IMG/VR virus record: IMGVR_UViG_3300021399_000009
Span: 44,607-108,606 of that record
Reading direction: 5' to 3' (one strand)
Length of the DNA stretch: 64,000 nucleotides
Source: a virus
Taxonomy: Duplodnaviria; Caudoviricetes
The notes beneath the pieces are model-generated. The model saw only the letters and a list, made by a program, of their open reading frames with translations, was not told where the DNA came from and did not search any database. Shown in pieces: positions 48,841 to 57,730 of this stretch. Every line of letters begins with the position of its first letter. Position 1 is the first letter of the stretch. The position numbers and the translations under genes are program-made.

Positions 48841-51681
48841 TTACTTTCTATATTCTGATTGTTTTAAAGTCTTGAATTGTCTACGATATTTCTTATAACA
48901 ACAATCGCAAAGTTCACGCTTGGATTTTGAACCAACACTAAATTCAGCTCCACAGTTTACACATATTCTTGTAGGTGTATATTTCACAGGAATGTATTTC
49001 TCTCTCATATCATTTCTATTGGTAATAAGAGTATATCTTTCCTGACATTCCTTACATCTGCAAGTATTAGTTCCTTTACGAACTATTATTTCTTCACCAC
49101 AATCAATGCAATAGCTTATATCTATTTCACTATCAAAATCTTTCATTAAGTGCTGATACATTGTATTGCCAAACATCTCCCAGAACATTTTCTTTTTACC
49201 AGTTGGATTTCGATTAAATATTTCTTCAACAATGTTATCGACTATATCATGCCAATTGGTTATGCCTATCTCTTTACAACGAGAATAGATTTTATTCCTT
49301 GCACCATTAATCACGAATCGGTAATCTTTTACAACTTCGTCCTGTTTCTTGTCAAAACGTGAAGAATTGATAACGTCCTTGTAAATACCAACCACCTTTG
49401 AATTGAATCTGCTATCAGTCATAGGACTGCTAAGAAATTTTGTATAATCAAACTGTGTTTCAAAGTCATATTTGCCGTATTGTATTCTTGGTATCTTAAT
49501 AACTTTAGCAATATTATTTGCAGGAGTGTCTGTTAATGTATCTGTCTTTTCTTCTTCATAGTTCTTTGCGTACTCAAAGAAACGTGGTACTTTAACATTG
49601 AGATACTTGCTTATAATATAATTGATATTGTCTGGTCGAGTTGGCATATACATTGTCTTAAAATAGTCAATTTGAAAATTGTTCTCTCCTACAAGAAGTT
49701 TTATTACTTTTACCTGTTCATCAGTTAAACTCCAATCGTTGTTTCTTCCTATGTTCCAAATCTTAGTAATTGCATTGCTATAATAGCCTATGCTTTTACT
49801 ATTGAAAGCCATTTCCATACATCTGAAAAGTGAATCGTTATTAACTGGTGTACTATCAGCTTTTTTCATTTCATAATACAAGGGACATATATTTAGTTTT
49901 TTAATGACTTTCTTTGCAGCTTTAATTATTATATCATTGTTACACACAAACAGATGGTCGCCATCCCAATCGAGTGCCATTATGCGTGACATAAAATCGT
50001 GAGAGTTCGTATAGATAGCATTGGTAGTAAACCACTCCTGTATATTATTTGTTTCTATGCAATGCTCACAATAAAGATGCGGACTACGCAAACAATCAAG
50101 GTCGATGCCGTTATCAAATAACCTACAGCTTACTTCGCCAGCTTTTAATAAACCGTTGGGGTTTTCAATTCCCATAATCAGATGTTCACAGAAAGCATAT
50201 AGGTCTGGAACAGCAAACGTATAGTTTCCTTCTACCAAAAACTTTGCTGAATATAAATCCCTTACCAGACTTTCTTTTTTTGATTTAAGCTGCTCTTTTA
50301 TGTATTTGTCTTGCAACATCTCAGGATATTCATAAAGGCATTTTTGAAAAGGCGATTTGTTTTTATTGCTTTCTACTGCACCAAAGATTTCAAGTATATG
50401 TTCTTTGTCAACTTTTTTATTCTTGGTAGATACGCCAAGGTTTAATATTTCATCAAGATTTGGCTGAGACAGATTTAAGATTTCATCATCGGTTAAACAA
50501 CGCAAGGTTTGAATCATTTGATAGTTTATGTTTCTCACGTTGTCAAATTCTTCATCTTCTTCATTACCGATACACGCTTCACAATTATATTTTTTAAAGC
50601 GTTCTTTGTAGTCATTCCAATCTTTGTAATACTTCCACATCTTAAATTGGGATTTTGTAAATATGACTTGTATATCTTCCTCGATGATATTATGTTTCAC
50701 ACCATAAATATCCTTGACCACAGGAGAACAATCATTGACCTCAATAAATTTTCTAAAGTCAAATACTCCCAACAGTCCTTTAAACCACGGCAGTCTGATA
50801 ACAAAATCCTTTGAGCTAATACTCGGTAACATCATTCCGCATCCATCGTTCTGCTCCATTGGTAGTGTTCTAACTCCGTGTGTTATCTCATAAGTGTCGT
50901 AGTCTATATAATCTACCTCACCAGTTACCTCGTTCTGAAAATCATCTACGACAATAGACTTATCAATATCAAAACCTTTCCAAGTTTTAGACATAGAGCT
51001 ACACAAAGAAACATAAGCAAGATACTTAGCTGTATTACAACCACCGCAATCATTAATCTCCTTGATGCTTAATCCAGCCATAATCTTATTCCAATGTTTC
51101 TCTTTTAAATCTTTGCGTATAGCTACAAATTTTTTGTCCTTGGTTTGTCCTGCTGATGCTGTAAAAAATTCATATTCATATCCATCGTACATAAATCCAT
51201 TCTTAATCAAAGATTCCATAATACCAGTATAATAAACACGAATAATACAAATCTCAGGATTAAACTTATTTTTATTAAGACCAAGAGTTCTTGTTAACGC
51301 ACTATCGCTTATAGTGACCTTCTTGCCACTACTAATGCCATAACCATTTCTTTTTGCTATTTTTTCATATATCAATGTTCGCTTGGTATCTTTATTAGCA
51401 ACAATGGCATCTCTGAATTGATTCTTCAACTCGCTAAGAGTTTTTTTAATTTCTTGTATGCGAGGTTTATTTTCTTCTTCCCAATCTGAAATTTCATCAC
51501 TGTTTATCTGAGTTTTTATTCCATTAACCTTTTTATATTTCTTTTTTGGACATTCCTTTTCAAGAAGATACTTTTCAAGCTGTAAGCTTTCAATCTTATT
51601 CCATAATTCTTTTTCGCCATTATCTTCAAGAACAAAGTCTTGTGTATCAACTCCAAGCACATAATACAGTTTGCTATTCAA
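48841..51681 (-). CDS. yonO: YonO-like single-subunit DNA-dependent RNA polymerase with C-terminal Zn ribbons
   Basis: TASAGQ, DGCGMMLP, IRLPWFKG, IFTKSQFKMWKYY, RSPH, catalytic DWDGD; TTG start after GGGAGG; upstream of the late genes. Confidence 0.9.
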   Translation of the reverse strand: MNSKLYYVLGVDTQDFVLEDNGEKELWNKIESLQLEKYLLEKECPKKKYKKVNGIKTQINSDEISDWEEENKPRIQEIKKTLSELKNQFRDAIVANKDTKRTLIYEKIAKRNGYGISSGKKVTISDSALTRTLGLNKNKFNPEICIIRVYYTGIMESLIKNGFMYDGYEYEFFTASAGQTKDKKFVAIRKDLKEKHWNKIMAGLSIKEINDCGGCNTAKYLAYVSLCSSMSKTWKGFDIDKSIVVDDFQNEVTGEVDYIDYDTYEITHGVRTLPMEQNDGCGMMLPSISSKDFVIRLPWFKGLLGVFDFRKFIEVNDCSPVVKDIYGVKHNIIEEDIQVIFTKSQFKMWKYYKDWNDYKERFKKYNCEACIGNEEDEEFDNVRNINYQMIQTLRCLTDDEILNLSQPNLDEILNLGVSTKNKKVDKEHILEIFGAVESNKNKSPFQKCLYEYPEMLQDKYIKEQLKSKKESLVRDLYSAKFLVEGNYTFAVPDLYAFCEHLIMGIENPNGLLKAGEVSCRLFDNGIDLDCLRSPHLYCEHCIETNNIQEWFTTNAIYTNSHDFMSRIMALDWDGDHLFVCNNDIIIKAAKKVIKKLNICPLYYEMKKADSTPVNNDSLFRCMEMAFNSKSIGYYSNAITKIWNIGRNNDWSLTDEQVKVIKLLVGENNFQIDYFKTMYMPTRPDNINYIISKYLNVKVPRFFEYAKNYEEEKTDTLTDTPANNIAKVIKIPRIQYGKYDFETQFDYTKFLSSPMTDSRFNSKVVGIYKDVINSSRFDKKQDEVVKDYRFVINGARNKIYSRCKEIGITNWHDIVDNIVEEIFNRNPTGKKKMFWEMFGNTMYQHLMKDFDSEIDISYCIDCGEEIIVRKGTNTCRCKECQERYTLITNRNDMREKYIPVKYTPTRICVNCGAEFSVGSKSKRELCDCCYKKYRRQFKTLKQSEYRK

Positions 51682-51885
51682 TTTATTTAATTCCTCCCAT
51701 ATCACAAAATCATAGTGAATATTAATGTGAAATCCACATTATACCTAATAAACCAAGTGATAATGATATTGACATTACAAGTGCTAACGTAGCAAGATAA
51801 GATAAAACAAGGTCGTGTTCTTTTAATGCAAATTTTAATGCTTTGAATATTACTCCTTGAAACCCTGTTATTATTCCCCAAATTA

Positions 51886-52074
51886 TTAGCATCCGCATAC
51901 CATTGTTCCTCTATCCTTAAATACTTCTTTTCTTTCAATCCATCTGTCTGCCATAGTATCGCTGATAGGTGATAAGTCATAATCCTCACAGCCATAATAT
52001 TCCGCAAGTTCTTTTAAGGCAGAACCATTAGGAGTACCCATTGCAAGTATTTCAAGCATTTTGTGTATTGTCAT
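51886..52074 (-). CDS. Hypothetical protein
   Basis: AAGGAAGTG RBS. Confidence 0.55.
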   Translation of the reverse strand: MTIHKMLEILAMGTPNGSALKELAEYYGCEDYDLSPISDTMADRWIERKEVFKDRGTMVCGC

Positions 52075-52194
52075 TTTTCTTCACTTCCTTTTTTATTTCT
52101 TCAAGAGTTAATGTCCTACAGTCCTTATCGGTTCGTACAACTGATAGAGGACAGCTCAGACAATGTATCTGTTGGCTACATATCTGTTCTCGTG

Positions 52195-52434
52195 TCATTT
52201 ATGTAATCTCCTTTCATAGAAAGCATAGGCATCGTGCATACACTGTGTAGTCAATTCCCATTTGTCATCTATCCAAACATGATATACAGGTGTAGTCCAA
52301 TTATAACAAGGTACGCCATTGCCTATTCTTGTCTTGGTCATATACAACCCCGTTGTATCGTTGCTGCTTTCGAGCTGATATAAACATCGAGTTTTATTGT
52401 CGAAAGTAGAAGCCCATCTGCTTAGATTTGTCAT
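52195..52434 (-). CDS. Hypothetical protein
   Basis: GAGGAG RBS. Confidence 0.65.
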   Translation of the reverse strand: MTNLSRWASTFDNKTRCLYQLESSNDTTGLYMTKTRIGNGVPCYNWTTPVYHVWIDDKWELTTQCMHDAYAFYERRLHK

Positions 52435-52474
52435 TTCTATCTCTCCTCAGCTATATGATTTATACATTGATAGA

Positions 52475-52606
52475 TTAGCACCAATCATCTACATACTGCT
52501 TGTAGTCCGGATGACCATAGAACTCGTCTGAGCTTTCTTGATTGTCTATGACAGTAGAATCTGTATAATCTGTAGTCTGGATGTAGTTTATGTAATCCTT
52601 AGTCAT
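52475..52606 (-). CDS. Small acidic peptide (43 aa)
   Basis: GGAGGTG RBS overlapping the upstream gene end. Confidence 0.45.
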   Translation of the reverse strand: MTKDYINYIQTTDYTDSTVIDNQESSDEFYGHPDYKQYVDDWC

Positions 52607-53552
52607 TATCGTTCACCTCCTTAATAAGAAATATATCTTCGATTCCGGTTGCCTGTGCTATCTTTTCCTTATTAGCATATATACTATACAGTGCAGGATT
52701 AACACACAGGTATTCTTTGATAACATCGTTCTTGGCTGCTCTGACTGCGACCAACACCCCTCGGTTATCTCCGTTCTTATCTGGGTACTGAATCTTTAAT
52801 AACTGATTGACAAATCGCTTCGAGTGAGAGATATTCAATCCAAGTTTAGCACATAGCGTATCAACCGACATCTTTGTAATTTTTGCTTTATCAGTTTCCC
52901 AAGGGTTTTCGCAAAGCACATTATAGGTCAAATTAACATAAGGGAGTATCATATACATATAAGCTAACGTTTTATGAGAATCAATCGTGGCGTGTTCATA
53001 CAAGAAACGAGTTGAGTATATAAACAACTTGGCTGCTCTTTGGTCTTTGGCTTTCTGTAATTTACCTTTGCCAAATATATTAGAGTTAATTTGAAATCCT
53101 TGTTCATCTTCTATAAGGTAATTGTATCTCTTGGCTTCTCTAAGGAATGACTTAAAAGAAGTGTCTCCAAGTTTTAATAACGATTGCAATTGTCCCCTTG
53201 ATAGAAGTTGTCCATTGTCATAAGCTATGTAATTGTCCTTATTGACGTAGGTTGCCAAATAAACCAATCTGCTTATAGTTGGGTTGTTCAGATTATCAAA
53301 CGAACGCTCGGATGGTATAAAGTAATGCCACACATAACTCCCTCCTTCACTTATACTATTGTCATAATCGCTCTCGTCTTGTTGCTTAATGGCATAATGT
53401 TTTCGTCCATAGTTCTTGCGGCTGTTGTATTCTTCTTCCGAAAAACAAGTAACAACGCTATTCTCAGGAGGTTCTTTAACTTCGCCTTTGTCATTAATAA
53501 TCGCTTTGACACGTTCCATTGCATCATTCCTTTCAATTTTGGTTTTCGCCAT
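52599..53552 (-). CDS. Tandem winged-helix DNA-binding protein, probable replication initiator (RepL-like)
   Basis: Two wHTH-like halves ending QINSNIF and LCVNPALY; direct repeats over its start; next to the large non-coding region. Confidence 0.6.
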   Translation of the reverse strand: MAKTKIERNDAMERVKAIINDKGEVKEPPENSVVTCFSEEEYNSRKNYGRKHYAIKQQDESDYDNSISEGGSYVWHYFIPSERSFDNLNNPTISRLVYLATYVNKDNYIAYDNGQLLSRGQLQSLLKLGDTSFKSFLREAKRYNYLIEDEQGFQINSNIFGKGKLQKAKDQRAAKLFIYSTRFLYEHATIDSHKTLAYMYMILPYVNLTYNVLCENPWETDKAKITKMSVDTLCAKLGLNISHSKRFVNQLLKIQYPDKNGDNRGVLVAVRAAKNDVIKEYLCVNPALYSIYANKEKIAQATGIEDIFLIKEVNDND

Positions 53553-53594
53553 TTTGCGACCTTTTTGGGGGTGTTTTTCGCCATTTTGCGACCT
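53543..53594. repeat. 20-bp direct repeat (iteron-like) over the initiator start codon
   Basis: TTTTCGCCATTTTGCGACCT at 53543-53562 and 53575-53594. Confidence 0.85.
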
Positions 53595-53707
53595 CACCCA
53601 ATTTGCAGTTTTTCCCGAAAAATCGGGCTAAACTGGCGTTTTTTGAAAAATCCGTTCTTTTAGATTTAGTAAACCCCATACGCTTGCCAAGGGTACAGAC
53701 ACTTGAA

Positions 53708-53742
53708 CTATATGATTTATTCAATCTATATGATTTATACAA
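53708..53742 (-). promoter_or_regulatory. Tandem operator-like motifs
   Basis: TTGTATAAATCATATAG and TTGAATAAATCATATAG, 18-bp period. Confidence 0.75.
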
Positions 53743-53781
53743 TGAACAAATATAAAAATAGCTCACCTGTGTACTAATCCT

Positions 53782-53810
53782 ATTATATCATAATATTTAT
53801 ACTTTGTCAA
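53782..53810 (-). promoter_or_regulatory. Sigma-A promoter of the leftward rep-RNAP operon
   Basis: TTGACA-17-TATAAT, TG extended -10. Confidence 0.88.
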
Positions 53811-53834
53811 GAGAAAAAATAAAAAAATAAAAAT

Positions 53835-53992
53835 TCCCCCTCTGGGGGACGAACGAGCGTAGCGAGTGAGATAGGGGGATATATTATAGAGTTATAGAAT
53901 TATAATTTAATATTTACTATTTAATATTTACTATATTGGGGACAGGGACGGTAAACTTCGCTACGCTCAGTTGACCTTTGCCCTTTCCCCAA
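53835..53992. other. Stem-loops carrying inverted GAGCGTAGCGA motifs (primosome/ssi-like)
   Basis: GAGCGTAGCGA 53855-53865 and TCGCTACGCTC 53958-53968, the latter in the loop of a G/C-rich stem. Confidence 0.55.
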
Positions 53993-55102
53993 ACCCCTTT
54001 TCCTAATTTAATTATCTTATATATCTGTTATTAGAGTGTATATTATTTTTCTGATTTATTAGCGTATTATTGGGATTTATTAAGGATTTGAAAATTTGGT
54101 ATGATTATTTATGCGATATTTTAATAATTAGTTTATGGCTATATATAGAGAAGTGAATGATAATTAATATGGGAAGATGTGGGGATAATGGAGTGGAATG
54201 AGTTAGCGTGAACTGGTGTGAATGGAGTAGAACACCTTACCCAGTATTCCGGCAGCGAAATTTGATTTAAAATGTAAACATACCCCGTATATAATTTTTA
54301 CAAAGTGCCGTATTTGCCTATTTACCGCCGTTTAATTTCCGTTTTGTTCATTTTAAGTAATTAAGATATTTAATAAAAAGAACGACTGTTCTATTTGATG
54401 GTAATCATTTAAGTGAAAAATTAATTAAACATTGGTTATTTAAGCACTTAATTTAAGAGCTTAAACGCAGCTTAATTAAGTTATTATGTGATTAAACAAT
54501 TGAGATTAATTTATCTGATAGTTTAATTAAATTTATACTTAAAAGATTAACTCCCTTTAATTATTTTGTTGCAATTGCAACACATAACAATAATAAACAT
54601 GAATATTCATATACAAAACGCTCAATAAATCCCTATAAATAGCCAAAAATCAATATACATATAACAAATATTCATAAAAATGCAAAAATATTCACTATTA
54701 ATTAAATAATAAAACATAAAAAACTGCTCAAAATCAGACTTGAAAAAAACGCTCAAAAAATGTTTATTTTTTCCCTATATATAGCCATTTATGGCACTTC
54801 AAAAAAAGTCAAAAAATAGCCGTTTTTCTCAGCTCAGACAGCCAATTGTTGAAAACTCATTAAAAACTGCACAAAAATATTTACTTCTCATTGTATAATA
54901 TGCACAACACGTCTCTTTTATATTATAATAGTATACTACTCATACTATGACGAACAGTATAAAACAAATATAATATTACAAACTGTATTCACACAAACAC
55001 TTTAATACACTAAAATCTTATTGCTTATTGCACAATTATTCAATTTAACACACTAAAGTTTTTTGTGCAACCATCCAAAACTAAAAAACTTTTCAAAAAT
55101 CG

Positions 55103-55131
55103 TTGACAAAGTAAAAATCATGTAGTATAAT
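55103..55131 (+). promoter_or_regulatory. Sigma-A early promoter with operator motif in the spacer
   Basis: TTGACA-AAGTAAAAATCATGTAG-TATAAT; A-tract UP region. Confidence 0.9.
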
Positions 55132-55139
55132 AGCATTGT

Positions 55140-55685
55140 AAACAAAACACGGAGCAACAAAAAGCTCCAACGTCCCGACTTGATACGGGACGCTAAAAGA
55201 ATTCAGTTAACGCCGCAAATTTTGTGGTATTACGGTATATCATAGGGGCGTACACCGTTAGTTATAATGCAAGTGTACGGGGCGTGTGCCAACGTGCCTA
55301 ATAACATGGCAGGCAGCTATTGCCAAAGTATAGCAGCCGAAAATAAACAATTTTCCGCTATAAGCGACTTGAAAAAGTTTCAACGCTTATACCGTGGAGC
55401 AGTCCACGCAAAATAAACAGTGCCGTAACAGTGCAATATCTCTTCTGTATAATCTGTACAGCGTGACAAAGTTGATGTTGTCAATAGGTACTATGTTCTT
55501 ACTGTACAATAACACTAATTTTGTGCGGTATTACCTTAAAACATAGGCGGTGAAATAAAATAGCTAATACCGAAAAATAGCTGAATAAAGGGACTTTTTG
55601 AAAAATTTTTAGGTAGTCCCGACTCTGTAAAGAGGCGTTAAGGCGTGAGCCGTATTGCGGTAAAAAATTTGTACGGACTACTAAT
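55140..55685 (+). ncRNA. Candidate large structured ncRNA / leader
   Basis: No ORF of 60 codons or more in the track; more than 12 helices including long-range ones; G-U wobbles and GNRA loops on the + strand. Confidence 0.7.
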
Positions 55686-55705
55686 TACAATAATTCTATG
55701 CTATA

Positions 55706-55734
55706 ATTATACTCAAATTATAGCATTTTGTCAA
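55706..55734 (-). promoter_or_regulatory. Antisense sigma-A promoter embedded in a hairpin
   Basis: TTGACA-17-TATAAT on the minus strand. Confidence 0.6.
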
Positions 55735-55833
55735 GCGGTATTGGAGTTAATTCTAATACCGCTATATATGTACAATTTAGCGTAAATCCGCTGAAAAGTA
55801 CAACCATAATTCTAATTTTAGGAGGTCATTATT

Positions 55834-56142
55834 ATGACAAAATTTATACTTTTTTTAGGACTGTTCGATAAAGACAGCAAAGCACAAGAGATAAGCACTC
55901 TCAATGCGTTCAAAATAGCCTCAAATCTGGTTACTGATATTGTAGGCTATGGCACTATAACTGAGGCTATGGGTATCTATACTCATGATGATGGTACTAT
56001 CGTTAATGAGCCTACACTCCGTATTGAAATAACTGGAAGTGAACTCGAAAAAATCAAGAGGCTTGCTATAGTCTTAAAACAGGCATTTAATCAAGAATCA
56101 GTCGCTCTTGAAAAGGTCAATTCAGACTTTAATTTTGTATAA
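55834..56142 (+). CDS. SAM lyase-like (T3 SAMase/DUF3574-like) protein
   Basis: G.Y....G....E.T.R.......RLA.......QESV resembles T3 SAMase GCY...EEKTVRV...RLA....EQDCV; first early gene. Confidence 0.65.
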   Translation: MTKFILFLGLFDKDSKAQEISTLNAFKIASNLVTDIVGYGTITEAMGIYTHDDGTIVNEPTLRIEITGSELEKIKRLAIVLKQAFNQESVALEKVNSDFNFV

Positions 56143-56157
56143 TCACAAAGTACAAAT

Positions 56158-56244
56158 CATATAGCTAATAATGCAGAGTAGGGGTGTATTATACGCCCTT
56201 AATGCAGCCAGTCAGACGGTTACAAGCCCGTGACTAACTGTATA
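56158..56244 (+). ncRNA. Twister ribozyme, P5-type permutation
   Basis: AAUGCAGAG-[P1 hairpin AGGG.../CCCU]-UAAUGCAGC...ACGGUUACAAGCCCGU; predicted cleavage 56200/56201. Confidence 0.88.
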
Positions 56245-56269
56245 AATCTAATTTTAGGAGGCTAATATT

Positions 56270-56530
56270 ATGTTAGTAAATGGCAATATTGTTGAACTGC
56301 GTCCAACAGATTCTCATAAAAGTTTTTACGGTAAAGCCCGTGTTGTTATGGCTGAAAATGGGGATAAAACTCTAATCAGCTATACAACTCCCGTTCTCCG
56401 TCTTACTTCTGACGGTAAACTGGAAAAGTTGTGGGATGGATATTCTGCCACAACTATGAGACATATAAATTCATTTTGTGACACTTTCGGTATCAACGGA
56501 GGCGGTAAAAGGTGGTGGGAAACTTTATGA
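56270..56530 (+). CDS. Conserved-looking early phage protein
   Basis: AGGAGG RBS; KSFYGKA...SY.T.V...W.GYS.TT.RHI. Confidence 0.8.
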   Translation: MLVNGNIVELRPTDSHKSFYGKARVVMAENGDKTLISYTTPVLRLTSDGKLEKLWDGYSATTMRHINSFCDTFGINGGGKRWWETL

Positions 56531-56814
56531 CACACAAATACTCTTTGCGGTATTGGATAGGTGAAACGTGGTTCAATCTAAGGGAAAATTTACCTTTCTT
56601 TGCACTCTTTTTACCACCATACCATTACAACGTCAAGGAAAATGTAAGCTGTTTAAGTTGGAATTTTGCAAATAATGTGCAATACTATTCAAGACCGCCT
56701 ACATTTTCAAAAAAGCATAACGCTGATGGAGGCTTGTGGAATTTTCTGCAAGCCTTAAAGCTACTCTGTCATATCCAAAGTAGACAGGTGCTTAATATCT
56801 TTTTGGGAGGCTAA
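56527..56814 (+). CDS. Hypothetical protein
   Basis: ATGA overlap. Confidence 0.55.
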   Translation: MTHKYSLRYWIGETWFNLRENLPFFALFLPPYHYNVKENVSCLSWNFANNVQYYSRPPTFSKKHNADGGLWNFLQALKLLCHIQSRQVLNIFLGG

Positions 56815-56818
56815 TACT

Positions 56819-57178
56819 ATGACTAAAACTGGATATTTAAGAGGCTTTAAACGTCTTACAACTGAGGAAATTTCTGAGGAAAAAGAACGCCTTAGAGCTG
56901 CTGGAATTAGACTTGATGTTGAAACTGGAAAACTCTACAACTCTAAAAATATCCCTTTGGGAATAGTTAGCGGAGTTACAACACCTACTGGAAAACAGTA
57001 CAAGATAGGCTCTCAGAATGGAAATTCTGACGTATGGTACAATGACAGATTTCTTGGTGATAACTATGCCGTATTTGTGAAAGTGGAAAAGTGCGGATTT
57101 TGGCAGCAGATAACACCATGGTATTGTCGTATTGGAAATGCTGTAAAACGTATGACAAAAATTTCACAGGAGGGCTGA
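56819..57178 (+). CDS. Hypothetical protein
   Basis: GGGAGG RBS. Confidence 0.75.
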   Translation: MTKTGYLRGFKRLTTEEISEEKERLRAAGIRLDVETGKLYNSKNIPLGIVSGVTTPTGKQYKIGSQNGNSDVWYNDRFLGDNYAVFVKVEKCGFWQQITPWYCRIGNAVKRMTKISQEG

Positions 57179-57181
57179 ACT

Positions 57182-57394
57182 ATGAAAATAACAATCGGAA
57201 ATTTTCTCGATAAAGGTTTGGAAAATGGTACTATCAAGCCTAATCAGATAGTAGCATACTATGACCATAACAATAACTTAAAATGGCTTGGAAAAGCTGA
57301 ATTTGCACCTATTTTCTTGGATTGGGCTGCACTCGACCACTATGAATATGTGGAAAATGAACTGAGAATATGGGAGGAAAAACGTCCATGTTAA
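57182..57394 (+). CDS. Hypothetical protein
   Basis: AGGAGG RBS. Confidence 0.75.
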   Translation: MKITIGNFLDKGLENGTIKPNQIVAYYDHNNNLKWLGKAEFAPIFLDWAALDHYEYVENELRIWEEKRPC

Positions 57395-57582
57395 TCAAAG
57401 ACCTAAAAATAGGGGAATATTTTACCCTTAAACCGATAGAAAATCCAACGGAAAAACAAGTCTTTATCCGTGGAGAATATGACCGCACTGAAAAGAAATT
57501 TGAGTGCGGTCGTTTTGATGATATAAGCTATACACGTTATCTCAGCGGAAAAACTGAGGTATACACTGACTTTACATTCTGA
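57388..57582 (+). CDS. Hypothetical protein (SH3-like small beta protein)
   Basis: GGGAGG RBS; IKDLKIGEYFTL. Confidence 0.75.
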   Translation: MLIKDLKIGEYFTLKPIENPTEKQVFIRGEYDRTEKKFECGRFDDISYTRYLSGKTEVYTDFTF

Positions 57583-57595
57583 GGAGGATATAACT

Positions 57596-57727
57596 ATGGG
57601 AAAAATCTACACTGTTAAATGCGTTGACTATGGCTGGACTGTCAAAATTCGTACACGGAAAAACTATGCCATTGGTGACTTATGTATCGTCAATGGCTGT
57701 ATCTGTTCAATCATTAAGGAGGGATAA
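57596..57727 (+). CDS. Small protein (43 aa)
   Basis: GAGGAGG RBS; absent from the ORF track. Confidence 0.6.
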   Translation: MGKIYTVKCVDYGWTVKIRTRKNYAIGDLCIVNGCICSIIKEG

Positions 57728-57730
57728 ACT

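Noticed and set aside
53208-53766. Multiple overlapping short ORFs
   Set aside because: By-products of the GC-richer iteron region overlapping the initiator gene
53870-55100. CRISPR array
   Set aside because: Repeats are short, irregular and without constant spacers; no cas genes
55647-55680. Group II intron domain V-like GAGCCGTAT...GTACGG
   Set aside because: Basal pairing and AC bulge are missing, there is no domain VI or interrupted gene, and the same bases fit other stems; at most a distant remnant
55140-55830. SAM-I riboswitch or hammerhead/pistol ribozyme in the leader
   Set aside because: No SAM-I core, no CUGAUGA/GAAA core, no pistol pseudoknot partner found
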